A DNA stretch of 63,992 nucleotides, counting the filler, from Reticulomyxa filosa (lineage: Eukaryota; Protista; Foraminifera): the NCBI GenBank assembly GCA_000512085.1. It is 16 parts of 16 records of this genome, joined end to end, with 100 filler letters (N's around TTAATTAATTAA, not from the genome) between each part and the next. Parts side by side here need not be neighbours in the genome. Positions count along the whole stretch, not along the records: positions 1 to 21,201 come from ASPP01005800.1; positions 21,302 to 22,313 come from ASPP01016260.1; positions 22,414 to 24,160 come from ASPP01014076.1; 13 more parts are not named here. One strand, written 5' to 3'. The notes under the pieces were generated by a model. That model saw only the letters and a list, made by a program, of their open reading frames with translations. It searched no databases and was not told the origin of the DNA. Within the stretch, counting starts at the first letter, position 1; each line of letters starts with the position of its first letter. Shown piece after piece: positions 12,257-23,407 of the stretch. Position numbers and translations under genes: made by a program.

Positions 12257-13124
12257 ATGTCCACAGAAGAGAAAAAAGAGCAACAAGTAGAATCCACCGA
12301 ACCAAAAAAAGAAGAAGGAGGACTAGATGATGATGGAGACGACGAGATTGTACTGAAGACAGTAGGAGAGGACGGGAAAGACGGAAAATCTTTCTCGATA
12401 AAAAAAATATTGTAAACTTTCCAACTTTGTTATGACAATTTTGAAAGGTAATGTCCAAAAAAAGTGTAATAGGAGGCGTGATCTCTTTTGGGTTGTCCTA
12501 AATATTATTTCCGAGGATAAAAAATTTTTTATGAACGATAGGTGATCCAACTGCTAAGGAAATTGAAGTCCGTCAAGTTGGCAGTGACACATTAGAGAAT
12601 ATTGTCAAGTATTTGAACGAACACAAAGGTGAGGAACCTCCTCCGTTGCCTTGCCCAGTTCGATCAACGGAAATGTCACAAATAGTGTCAGTAAAATGGG
12701 ACGCCGAGTTTATTGATGCTTTTGACAAAAAAGCTATTTTTGAAATTATTTTGGTACGTTTGTGTCCATGTATTCTTTTTTACCTTGTTTGTTACAATCA
12801 ATTTAACAATTCCTAACCTTAAATATGATTTTGTTTGTTGGCCTGATTGAATCGGGTGATGCATATGAATTGCTTCGCAAGGGCGCAAACTACATGGGTA
12901 TGTTTTTTTTTGAAAACTGTACGTGTGTTATCGCTTATGATGATTTGTTGAAAAAATCTGTTGTAGATATAAAATCGTTGTTGCATTTGGGATGTGCCAA
13001 GATTGCAACTTTGATTAAAAAGTTGGACCAAAAGGAAATTAACCGTATCATTGAAGAAGAAGAAAAATGGCAAAAGGAACACGGTGGTGGTGACAAGACA
13101 GAAGAAAAGGAAGCATCATCCTAA
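12257..13124 (+). CDS. SKP1: Skp1-family SCF adaptor; four exons including a 16-nt micro-exon; frameshift in an A-run near 12400
   Basis: TLENIVKYLNEHK..WDAEFID..IFEIIL|GANYM|DIKSLLHLGCAKIATLIK. Micro-exon at 12882-12897. Confidence 0.88.
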
Positions 13125-14327
13125 AAAAGACCCAAAGTGAGGACCAGCAAAAAACACCATTTATTTTTGTAAGACATTTTTTTTTTTGGTGAAATTGTGG
13201 CCTTGTGTCTGTTGCAGTTGTTGACTGGAATCAGATACAAGTGTTTGTTTTCTACTCATGGGTGGCTCTTTAAAAGAAATTGAATAAACATTCATTTGAA
13301 TCAATTACAATATGAGACAATGAAACCCTTTTTCCTCAAAACAACACAATGTCCCTTTCTCCATTTTTAAAGGCTGTGGATATTAAAGATGAACGTACGA
13401 ATATTGCCCAAAAAACATAGAAAAATTGCAAAAGGAAATTTAAATAAACACGAAACTAACGTGATGCATTACTTGTAAAATTTATAAAAACGATCTAATT
13501 CTGACGCTATCCTGTTAAAAGAAGTGATCACTGCCAAAAACACGCCAAAAATTAAACCTCTTCTTCAAACACAATAGAAAAGTGTTTGATCAGTTTTTAT
13601 TATTACTTTTTTGTGACAAGAACGAACGTTTTTGGAATACTAAGGGAACTAACAGATAAATCTAGGACAACTCAAGAAAAAATTATTTTGTTTTTTGTGT
13701 AAGTTTCCAAAAACAACAAACAATTTGCGATTGTGACAAAAAACGAGTTGTTTATTCGGAATTTTGTCTTTCTTAACAAAGAAAAAACGAGTGCGTGCAT
13801 CTCCCTTTTACTTTGAAATCTTGCACTTTCATTATTAGCTCTTTATTTTAAAGGTTGTAAACAAATCTGGTCATTTCTTATCTTTACAGGTGAAATTCTT
13901 TCTCCATTTGAGCGTAGCTCACAGTAGCAAACGCTCAAGCGTAAACAAATCGAAGGAACAACTCGTAGATTACAACTTTATAACTTAAACAGGTGAGGAT
14001 ATGGACAACGGATTATGCCCATCGAAGAGAGCAGTAGAAGGTAGCAAATATTCATAAAAAAAAATGAAGTAGCTCAGTTTTTGGCGCATTTGCGCAATAT
14101 CTTGAAGACACGGAATAAAAAAATAGTTGTAAAAGAATTGATTGAGTTGAGACGGTCCGTAATTGATCACATTGAGGTGAATGACAAATCTGCAGTTCCA
14201 TCAATAGAACAAACAATGCAAAATTAAACAAAGATTAAATAAATTATCATATATTTTACTTGTTTTGCAACAATCTAATCAAAAACGTTTTATGTAATGT
14301 GAAAATAAGGATTATAAAAAGAAGCAC

Positions 14328-17300
14328 ATGTGCACACGTGTGTACGAATATGCAAAGAAGCATAAGAAACTGAAAGGAGGAATGCAAAATGAACTGGAAC
14401 AAGATAAATTTTTAGTAGAAATGAAAGCACTGATAAGATTGTGTGGTGATGTGGTTGAAGAAGAGGTGTTGCGAAAACAATTGGAAGAAGCAAATGGAAA
14501 CGTATCTGTTGTGATTGAAAATATGGTTTCCAGATTTATGAGTGAAAATGAAATGAAGGAAAAGGATAAGAAAAAAGAGATAGAGAATATTACAGAAAAA
14601 ATAGAAAAAGGAAAAAGAGAAGAGGAAAAAATAGATATTGGTGAAACAAAACCAGGAATAAATTTGCAAGGTTATTGTTCAAATAAAAAATGTCTAGCAG
14701 CAAAAGGAAAGTTATTAGTATGGATAAATATTGGTTTTAATGAGATATCATTTGTATCAGATAAAGCATCATATTCTTGTCCAGATTGTAAGGGATTAAG
14801 TGTAGCATTAATTGAAAAAGTAAAATTTATAAATTCGGAATATTCAATAATAGCAAGCGATAAATCGACAATATTAGAGAATAAAAATATTTATCAAAGT
14901 ACATACGTAATAAACTCAGGATTAAAATATAAATTAAAAGCAAAAAAAATTAAACAGCATGCAACAAATGTAGATGATTTAATAAATCGAAGTGAACAAG
15001 CAATGAAAAGTAAAGAAATAATAAAATTGATAAAAGAATTAGAAGACTCTGGTATTAAAGTAGTTAATCCACCAAAAATAAAAGAAAAACAAAGATTACT
15101 AGAAAAAATAGAAAATGATTATAATGGTGACTTTAATCAAGCGTTTGATATTGGAAGATTTACCATTTTATGTGAAAATATTACAAATTTAAAAACTGCA
15201 GTTGCTGTGATGAAAGAAGCAGAGAAATTTAACTTAATTGTATCTGAAGATAAAAATTTTTTTGAAGCACAATCTAAAACACATTATCGTGTCCACATTA
15301 TTAAATTATATGCTCCAAACGATGATGTCTACATTGAAATGCAAGCAACATTAAAAAAATTTACAACATTGGAAGGACACACTGTGATTGAAAATGCAAA
15401 ATTAAGTCATGATTTGTATGATATCAATCGGGTATGGAAAGTAAATGATTCAACAAATCAAAAAGAAACATTATTTAAACAAGCAAGTGATGAAATATTA
15501 ACTAAAATTAATGATATTTTTTGTGAATGGATTGAAGAAAAACAAATACAAAAAATTTCCGATCGTTATAAATCACATTTAAGTATTGGTATTTTAAAAC
15601 CACCACAATTAGATTACAAAAATTCTTCTAACATCAATCATAGCACTCCATTAAAACTTATCGAATTTGTCTATCAACAACTTTGTAATTTTATTCCAAG
15701 TACAATTAAAGGAAAAGCTATTTATGTTACTTTATATGAATTTTATAAACAATACATTATTGAAAGACATCAACCAGCAAGCTGTTTTGATTTTTCATTA
15801 CGATTACAAAAATCTAAAAGTCAACAAATACAGCAAGATGTGACAATAGTACAAGCACTTGAAACATACATACCATTAGAAGCAAATAATTACCCATACA
15901 ACGAAAATGAAAATACTGATCAAAAATATATATCATATGATTGCTATGAGCATGTAATGAAATTTTTAGAATTAAAAGAAGATGACAAAAAAATTAATGA
16001 ACGACATTCAAATAAAATAATGATAATTCAAGGTAAATCAGGATCTGGAAAAAGTCTTTTTTGTCGCCATTTAGAAGATAAATTATGGAATAATTATTCA
16101 TTTGATTTAAAAAGACCTATTCCTGTTTTTATTTCATTGCCGAAAGTTTACAATCAATATAACAAAGAAAAACAAGATGATATTATTTTACAATCATTGC
16201 CATATAAAAATATTAGTAAACACATTATTAATGAAATTCGTAATAAATTATCTTTTATATTCATTATGGATGGATTTGATGAAATATTTAATTCGTATCG
16301 TAACAATGTCAATAATAATAAATATTTTTATGATTATTTTAATTTAAATCAATGGAATGCAAATATTGTTATTACTTGTAGAAGTGATGTATTACATGAT
16401 GATGATATTAAACAGATGTTAATGGGTATAAATCAAAACAATATACCCAAAACAACAACAAAAATGATGCATTTATGGCCATTTACTAAACAACAAACTT
16501 ATAGTTATATAGAAAAATTTGCAAGCATGTTAAAAAATAACAAGAAAAATAGCATCAATATTAACATTAATAATAACGTTGATTGGGATTTACAACAATA
16601 TAAAGAAACATTAAACAATTACCCAAATTTAAAAAGAATGATGGAACAACCATTTCTTCTTCAAATTATTTTAACAGTTTTGCCGTCATTAACAAAACAA
16701 TACGATAATGGAAGTAATCTTTCTAAAACACAAATATATGAAGCATTTCATAATTATTGGATTGATCTTCGTGTTCAAAATTTAATTAATAGATTAGCAA
16801 AATTAAAAATTCAAATTAATTATAAAAAAATTAAATCTACATTTTATAAATATTGTATTGATCTAGGATTTGAAATGTTTATTCAAGGTAAATCAATTGC
16901 AATTGAAGAAGATATTCAAGATGAAGAAAATGAAAAAATATGCATTAAATTAGATCCAAAAGAAGAAGAAGGAGAAAAGACAGAAGCAAAAAAGAACGAT
17001 GTTAAAATGGAAACAGAAAAATCAATTACTAAAAATGTTTGGGAAAAATATTTCAATGGTGATAGTATTGCTAAATATATATTAAAAAGAGTTGAGAGCG
17101 ATAAATATGAATTTTTACACAAGTCATGTCAAGAATATTATGCAGCACAAAAAATAATATTGGATATAATATTATGGAAACCAAATGACATAAATAATTT
17201 AAATAATGCACAATTTCAAAAACAATTTGAAAGTAATATTCATAAATTATTAATTAATTATAAATTACTAAATGAGGAATTAGGAATTATTCAATTTATT

Positions 17301-19634
17301 GCAGAAAGAATTCATGACAATAACGCAATATATATAAATTTGAAATCGAGACTATTTAGAATTATTGAAGCATCAAAACATAATTCTAATATCAATATTG
17401 CAGCATCTAATGCAATAACAATACTTAATTTTGCGAGAATAAGTTTAAATAATCAAAATTGGAATAATATAAAAATTCCATATGCAATATTAGATCATGC
17501 ATTTTTGGAAGGAACAAATTTACAAAATGCATATTTAAATCAAGTTTCATTTTTTCAAGCATTTTTGAATAAAGTAAATTTTTCTAATGCATCAATGACT
17601 CAAAGTTATTTTGGTGAATATGCATATTTAAAAGGACATTCAAGTAGAATTAATGAAGTAAAATTTTCAGCAGATGATTTACAAATTGTATCATGTTCAG
17701 AAGATAAAACAATACGAATATGGGATACATTATCAGGAAAGCAGCTAAAATTATTTGAGGGACATACAGATGATGTACGTGGAATAGAATTTTCAAATGA
17801 TAATTCTAAAATTTTATCATGTTCATGGGATAAAACAATAAGATTATGGGATACAATATCTGGGAAACAAATACAAATATTTGAAGGACATAATATGTAT
17901 GTAAATGCAGCATATTTTTTACCAAATGATAATACTAAAATTATATCATGTTCAGATGACGAAACTATTCGATTATGGGATACAATATCTGGAAAACAAA
18001 TACAAATATTTGAAAAACACGAAGGCTATGTAAAACAAGTACAATTTTCACCAGATTGTTCAAAAATTGTATCATGTTCATGGGATAAAACAATAAGATT
18101 ATGGGATATAATATCCGGAAAACTAATGCAAACATTTGAAGGACATTTACATCCAGTAAGGAATGTACATTTTTCATCAGATGGTTCCAAAATTATATCA
18201 TGTTGTGAAAACACAGTTAGAATATGGGATATAATATCTGGAAAGCAATTACAAATATTTGAAGATAATTTTAACAATGTAAATGATGCAAAATTTTCGT
18301 CCAATGATTCTACTATTATTTTGTGTTCAAATAATATAATCCAAATATTAGATGCGTTATCAGGAAAACAGATTCAAATATTAGAAGGACATTCAGGCTC
18401 AATAAATGGTATACATTTATCTTCAGATGGTTCTAAAATTGTATCATGCTCAAGTGATAAAACTATTCGATTATGGGATACATCGTCAGTACAAAAAATA
18501 CCATTTTTAGAAGGACATAAGGATACTATTAATCATGTAAAATTTTCATCTGATTTTTCTAAAATTGCATCATGCTCGAAAGATAAAACAATAAGAATAT
18601 GGGACACACTATCAGGAAAACAATTGCAATTATTTGAAGGACATACAAAGGATGTAAGTGGAATAGAATTTTCAAGTGATAGTTCAAAAATGGTATCTTT
18701 TTCGTCGAATGAAATAATAAGATTATGGGATACAATATCTGGAAAACAAATACAAATATTTGAAGGACATAATAAGTTTATAAATGCAGTACATTTTTTA
18801 CCAAATGATAATACCAAAATTATATCATGTTCAGCAGATAAAACCATTCGATTGTGGAATGTCTTTTCTGGCGAACAAATTCAAATATTTGAAGGACATA
18901 GTGATGAAATTAATGGAATACATTTTTCTCATTCAAATAGTTTACAAATTGTATCATTTTCAATGGATAATACAATAAGATTATGGGATATATCAGGAAA
19001 GCAAATTCAAATATTTGAAGGACATACTGCTTGTATAAATGATGTAAAATTTTTACCAAATGATCATTCTAAAATCCTGTCATGTTCTAATGACAATACA
19101 ATTAGATTATGGGATACATTATCAGGAAAACAATTACAATTATTTAAAGGTCATTCAGATGACATTGATGGAATAACATTTTCATCAGATGGTCTCAAAT
19201 TTCTATCATTTTCAAAAGATAAAACAATAAGAATATGGGACATTTCATCAGAAAATCAAATTCAAATATTACGCGGACATAAAAATAAGATTAATTTTGC
19301 TCAATTTACTTCTGATGGAAATAAAATTGTTTCTTGTTCAAATGATGAAACAATAAGAATATGGGATTTATCTAAAAAACAAGTTCGAATATTAGAAGGA
19401 CATTCAGATTACGTAACTAAAATACAACTTTCTTCAGATGATTCAAAACTTATATCATGTTCAAGTGATAGAACAATTCGATTATGGGGAATTGATAATA
19501 AAATGGGGTTAATAAAATGCATTTGGCAAAGTGGTATTCAAAGTTGTGGACTATCAATGAAAGGAAGTATTTGGGAAAATGTCAATGGTTTAACACCTCA
19601 ACAGGAATTACTTGTAAAACAACGTTTAATTTAA
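14328..19634 (+). CDS. NLR/STAND-like protein: CUE-like, Zn-binding, RelA/SpoT-like nucleotidyltransferase, NACHT-like NTPase, pentapeptide repeats, 15 WD40 repeats
   Basis: Uninterrupted 1768-aa ORF (the true start may be the ATG at 14382). Walker A GKSGSGKS (16032), Walker B FIFIMDGFDE (~16270), sensor-1 VITCR, winged-helix FLHKSCQEYYAA (~17110), pentapeptide AFLEGTNLQNAYLNQVSF, and WD40 repeats at ~17630-19490. Confidence 0.92.
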   Translation: MCTRVYEYAKKHKKLKGGMQNELEQDKFLVEMKALIRLCGDVVEEEVLRKQLEEANGNVSVVIENMVSRFMSENEMKEKDKKKEIENITEKIEKGKREEEKIDIGETKPGINLQGYCSNKKCLAAKGKLLVWINIGFNEISFVSDKASYSCPDCKGLSVALIEKVKFINSEYSIIASDKSTILENKNIYQSTYVINSGLKYKLKAKKIKQHATNVDDLINRSEQAMKSKEIIKLIKELEDSGIKVVNPPKIKEKQRLLEKIENDYNGDFNQAFDIGRFTILCENITNLKTAVAVMKEAEKFNLIVSEDKNFFEAQSKTHYRVHIIKLYAPNDDVYIEMQATLKKFTTLEGHTVIENAKLSHDLYDINRVWKVNDSTNQKETLFKQASDEILTKINDIFCEWIEEKQIQKISDRYKSHLSIGILKPPQLDYKNSSNINHSTPLKLIEFVYQQLCNFIPSTIKGKAIYVTLYEFYKQYIIERHQPASCFDFSLRLQKSKSQQIQQDVTIVQALETYIPLEANNYPYNENENTDQKYISYDCYEHVMKFLELKEDDKKINERHSNKIMIIQGKSGSGKSLFCRHLEDKLWNNYSFDLKRPIPVFISLPKVYNQYNKEKQDDIILQSLPYKNISKHIINEIRNKLSFIFIMDGFDEIFNSYRNNVNNNKYFYDYFNLNQWNANIVITCRSDVLHDDDIKQMLMGINQNNIPKTTTKMMHLWPFTKQQTYSYIEKFASMLKNNKKNSINININNNVDWDLQQYKETLNNYPNLKRMMEQPFLLQIILTVLPSLTKQYDNGSNLSKTQIYEAFHNYWIDLRVQNLINRLAKLKIQINYKKIKSTFYKYCIDLGFEMFIQGKSIAIEEDIQDEENEKICIKLDPKEEEGEKTEAKKNDVKMETEKSITKNVWEKYFNGDSIAKYILKRVESDKYEFLHKSCQEYYAAQKIILDIILWKPNDINNLNNAQFQKQFESNIHKLLINYKLLNEELGIIQFIAERIHDNNAIYINLKSRLFRIIEASKHNSNINIAASNAITILNFARISLNNQNWNNIKIPYAILDHAFLEGTNLQNAYLNQVSFFQAFLNKVNFSNASMTQSYFGEYAYLKGHSSRINEVKFSADDLQIVSCSEDKTIRIWDTLSGKQLKLFEGHTDDVRGIEFSNDNSKILSCSWDKTIRLWDTISGKQIQIFEGHNMYVNAAYFLPNDNTKIISCSDDETIRLWDTISGKQIQIFEKHEGYVKQVQFSPDCSKIVSCSWDKTIRLWDIISGKLMQTFEGHLHPVRNVHFSSDGSKIISCCENTVRIWDIISGKQLQIFEDNFNNVNDAKFSSNDSTIILCSNNIIQILDALSGKQIQILEGHSGSINGIHLSSDGSKIVSCSSDKTIRLWDTSSVQKIPFLEGHKDTINHVKFSSDFSKIASCSKDKTIRIWDTLSGKQLQLFEGHTKDVSGIEFSSDSSKMVSFSSNEIIRLWDTISGKQIQIFEGHNKFINAVHFLPNDNTKIISCSADKTIRLWNVFSGEQIQIFEGHSDEINGIHFSHSNSLQIVSFSMDNTIRLWDISGKQIQIFEGHTACINDVKFLPNDHSKILSCSNDNTIRLWDTLSGKQLQLFKGHSDDIDGITFSSDGLKFLSFSKDKTIRIWDISSENQIQILRGHKNKINFAQFTSDGNKIVSCSNDETIRIWDLSKKQVRILEGHSDYVTKIQLSSDDSKLISCSSDRTIRLWGIDNKMGLIKCIWQSGIQSCGLSMKGSIWENVNGLTPQQELLVKQRLI

Positions 19635-21358
19635 CTTTTATGGAGTCAATTTGTGTAAGTTTGAAATTGTTTTTTGGTAAAATTTCAAGTATTTTTGAAA
19701 ATTACTGATGTAAATAATTTTGATGAAATTATAATTTTTTTTTATATTGTGTGGAAAATTTTACAAAAAGTTATCAATAATTTTCAATTTTTAAACTCCA
19801 ATATTACTCAAAATCAATCACAAACAATAAAGAGAAATGAAATTAGAAGCAAGTACAAAGGAGATCACAAATTTTTTACGGCTATAAATAATCGAATATT
19901 GTAATACAATTCTTTCCAAAAAAAAAGCATATTTATAATTTATACGGAAGAGACTGTTTTACTTTAAAAGAATGAAGAATTTCTGACAATGATCTTGATG
20001 TAACAAATTTACAAAAATGACAAAGACAAATCAACGACAAAATCCTCAACACACGTCAGACATAAAAAAAATTATATTTTTCTGATAACAAAACCATGTC
20101 ATATGAAGTAGTGTCTTGTGTTTTCACACAATACCATTTTTACTTTTTCAAATATTTGCTTAAATGGATATCGATCCACTTTTGTACTTAGACATAACAA
20201 CATTTTCATGCTATCATTCAACAGTGAAAAAACAGCAATTTGATATTCTTGTGTAGTTGATCAAAAATTCATCATTATTTCCAAACAACTTATTTCTGTG
20301 TTCACAAATAATCGTTATCAATTCATCATTTTGTTTAGTATTTTTGCGAAGTTCAACATCAACAAACAGAAATACACAAAGTATATTGTTTACTTTTAAG
20401 TAACATTATTGATGTGATGACAATTAATACAATTCAATAGAACACGAATCGCAGAAATATTTTCATGTCTCAAATTATTTTCCATTTATCTTGATTCCAC
20501 ATAGATAAGGGGAAGATCATAATGATTGTATTTGGTGTGAGAGAGAAGATACTGTATAGTATTCTTGATGGAATGCTTGAGGTATCAAAAATTACGTTGC
20601 AATTGGTGGACAAATGTCCAAGAATTGCTTACAGACATTAATGTATTTCACTGTCGTTGAAAAATTCATTATTGGTGATCGATCGTGGAAACAGTATGTT
20701 AATTTTTTTTTAGCTGATAGAATGTTGTAATATTGAAATTCCAAAAAATATTTAATATCAAAAATCTGAAAGAAAAAATGAAAACATAAAAACATATTAA
20801 TGTTTCTTTACTAAATTGTGATATCAACAGGTCTGATCAAAATATACGTTGATATTCCACAAAGCATCCAGATTCCCTGAAGAGACCCAGTTCACAATTT
20901 AAAAGGAAACAAAGCGTGAGTTTGTTCCGACTGGCTGCATTCACAAAAACTTTGGTATGTGCTGAATGAAGATGTAAGATATAACACTAATTCAAACAAA
21001 TGAAACAAAACATCAATTTACTTTGTTAAAAAAAATTTTCCTTAGGTATTTGCAAGCCCTAAAGGAAAATGAAAGCTATGTTTTACCCATTTGGTGCTTT
21101 TCCAACACACAATAACATATTTTTGCTGTTTAGGACCTTCGGCATTTTCTTTCGCACGTTACCGGCGCGAGTGCTTTCCGCGCCTCTTAATGAGATGCCG
21201 GNNNNNNNNNNNNNNNNNNNNNNNNNNNNNNNNNNNNNNNNNNNNTTAATTAATTAANNNNNNNNNNNNNNNNNNNNNNNNNNNNNNNNNNNNNNNNNNN
21301 NGTGTTAAGTTTATTAAGCATTAATTAAAAAAAAAAATACATGTCATTGGAAACATAG

Positions 21359-22240
21359 AGCAGACAATTTAAATTATGTAAAACCTTAAAAGAGAATGAC
21401 CTACCGATGAGAAGTGTAAAATTTTCTGTGGATGGTGACAAGATTGTTTCGTCAACAGAAAATGGCACAATTCGCATATGGGATGTTGCATCTGGAAAAG
21501 CACTCCAAACTTTTAAACATGATGCCTCCATATTTATGGCAGAATTTTCTCCAGATGGACGTATGGTTGTGTCATGTGTGAAGGGTAATAATATTGTCTT
21601 GTGGGATGTTGAGTCAGGAAAGGAGGTAATGAAATTGGAAGGACATTTGGATCCTGTGTGTAATGCGAATTTTTCTCCAGATGGTAAATATATTACATCA
21701 TGCTCATTTGATGGGACTATACGAATTTGGGATGTAGATTCTAGAAATGAGATTCAATTACTTGCTGGACATTTAGCTAGTGTTTATAGTGCACAATTTT
21801 CGCCAGATGGTCAAATGATTGTATCAGCATCTGAGGATCATATCATTGTTATATGGGATGCCAAATCTGGTCAGATATTAAAACAATTACGAGGTCATCT
21901 TGGTCCGGTGACACGTGCAAAATTTTCTCCAGATGGACAGTCTATTGTATCTTGCTCAAAAGATAAAACTGTTCGATTGTGGAATATAGAATTAGGAACA
22001 TGCATGCGAATATTGGGAGGGCATTGCAATTCTGTGAGAGATGTGAAATACTTTCCAGATGGTCAAACTGTTGTATCCTGCTCAAATGATAGGACAATTC
22101 GGCTGTGGAATGTAAAATCAGGGGAGGAAATACAGAGATTAGAACACTCTGATCAGGTGACAAATATAGATGTTTCACCAAATGGTCAGATCATTGTGTC
22201 ATGTTCTCGTGACTGTAAAATCAAAATCTGGAAGATTTAA
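21359..22240 (+). CDS. WD40-repeat protein (about 7 blades), 5'-partial
   Basis: Repeated GH..V....FSPDG..IVSCS.D.TIRLW units. Confidence 0.93.
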   Translation, partial: SRQFKLCKTLKENDLPMRSVKFSVDGDKIVSSTENGTIRIWDVASGKALQTFKHDASIFMAEFSPDGRMVVSCVKGNNIVLWDVESGKEVMKLEGHLDPVCNANFSPDGKYITSCSFDGTIRIWDVDSRNEIQLLAGHLASVYSAQFSPDGQMIVSASEDHIIVIWDAKSGQILKQLRGHLGPVTRAKFSPDGQSIVSCSKDKTVRLWNIELGTCMRILGGHCNSVRDVKYFPDGQTVVSCSNDRTIRLWNVKSGEEIQRLEHSDQVTNIDVSPNGQIIVSCSRDCKIKIWKI

Positions 22241-23407
22241 ACATTTATGTAAAGCTTAATACAATGCTTCTTTTTTTTTTTTTTTTAAAAAAAAAGTAGG
22301 ATAAACGTATTGTNNNNNNNNNNNNNNNNNNNNNNNNNNNNNNNNNNNNNNNNNNNNTTAATTAATTAANNNNNNNNNNNNNNNNNNNNNNNNNNNNNNN
22401 NNNNNNNNNNNNNTAAATGATTATGATTATTTCAATGAACCAAGTCGAAGTTGATATGATAATGTCCTTCAACTTATTTGGAGATATACACTATCAACCG
22501 AATTCAAATGTAGCACAAGTTTTCTGAACAGAAAAACTTCTTGTTTTCATTTGCAAAAAAATATAATTATGTTTCAATTGCTTTTTGTCCTTTTTTCAGC
22601 TAATCCATTACATTACTGCTTGAATAGCTTCAATAATGAGTTCAACGCCGGAATTGGTAATGTTGATTGGCACAGACTCGCCCGAAGGAAGCTTTGAACT
22701 AAACGGCAAAACTCTGCGCAAAGCTGACTCGTGAAGAGTTGGAGTGCTCTTGTACGCATTCATGACTGGCATGTTGCCCTATGCCGCGTCCACCTTGCAG
22801 AATTTTATTACGCAAATTTTAATACAAAAGCCTGTTATCACACTGGGTGAAATTATAATTTGACGCATGGTGAAATTTTGCATCATTCACAAAGTCAAAA
22901 TTTTTTCAATCCTTTAAGGAATTCCTGTTTTTCAGTTTGCATTTTAATTGTTCATAACTTGGTCAATTATTTATTGAATTTAAAAATGGGACTTTTTGAA
23001 AACGTAAAATTAGGGGATTACCCTTTTATCTGCTTCGTAAAGGTAATCAATAATGAGTGGAGGGTTAAAAAGATTCAGAGCAGATTCAAGTTTGAAATTG
23101 TGTAAAGTGAGTGTTGTCAGTGAGTAAAGTTGACACGAATTACCAATAATAATAATAATAATAACAATAAAAAACTCCTCACGCGTGAGACAAACAAAAG
23201 ATTTATTCCAAAATGGATTTGTGTGACAACACATTAGATGGGATGCGGCAAGAGTGTGGCCCCAGGGACAACAGAGCATAATGCACTACACGAAACGTGT
23301 TGCGACGTGTGTGAAAGGAATCAAAGCCGCCACACATTGAAATGTATTAGCAGAAGCAAAAGTTACGCGAGTCCAATTAAAAACAAAAGCAGCAATAACA
23401 TACAAAA

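Noticed and set aside
12395-12410. Programmed frameshift in Skp1 (and similar A/T-run shifts elsewhere)
   Set aside because: It lies in a homopolymer run, typical of sequencing error; no stimulatory structure is seen.
4790-13124. F-box gene and Skp1 within 8 kb as a functional cluster
   Set aside because: They are separated by unrelated genes and both families are typically multi-copy; there is no evidence beyond proximity.
13907-13938. Small hairpin (ttgagcgt..acgctcaa) upstream of the NLR-like gene
   Set aside because: An 8-bp stem is within chance expectation and shows no ncRNA signature.
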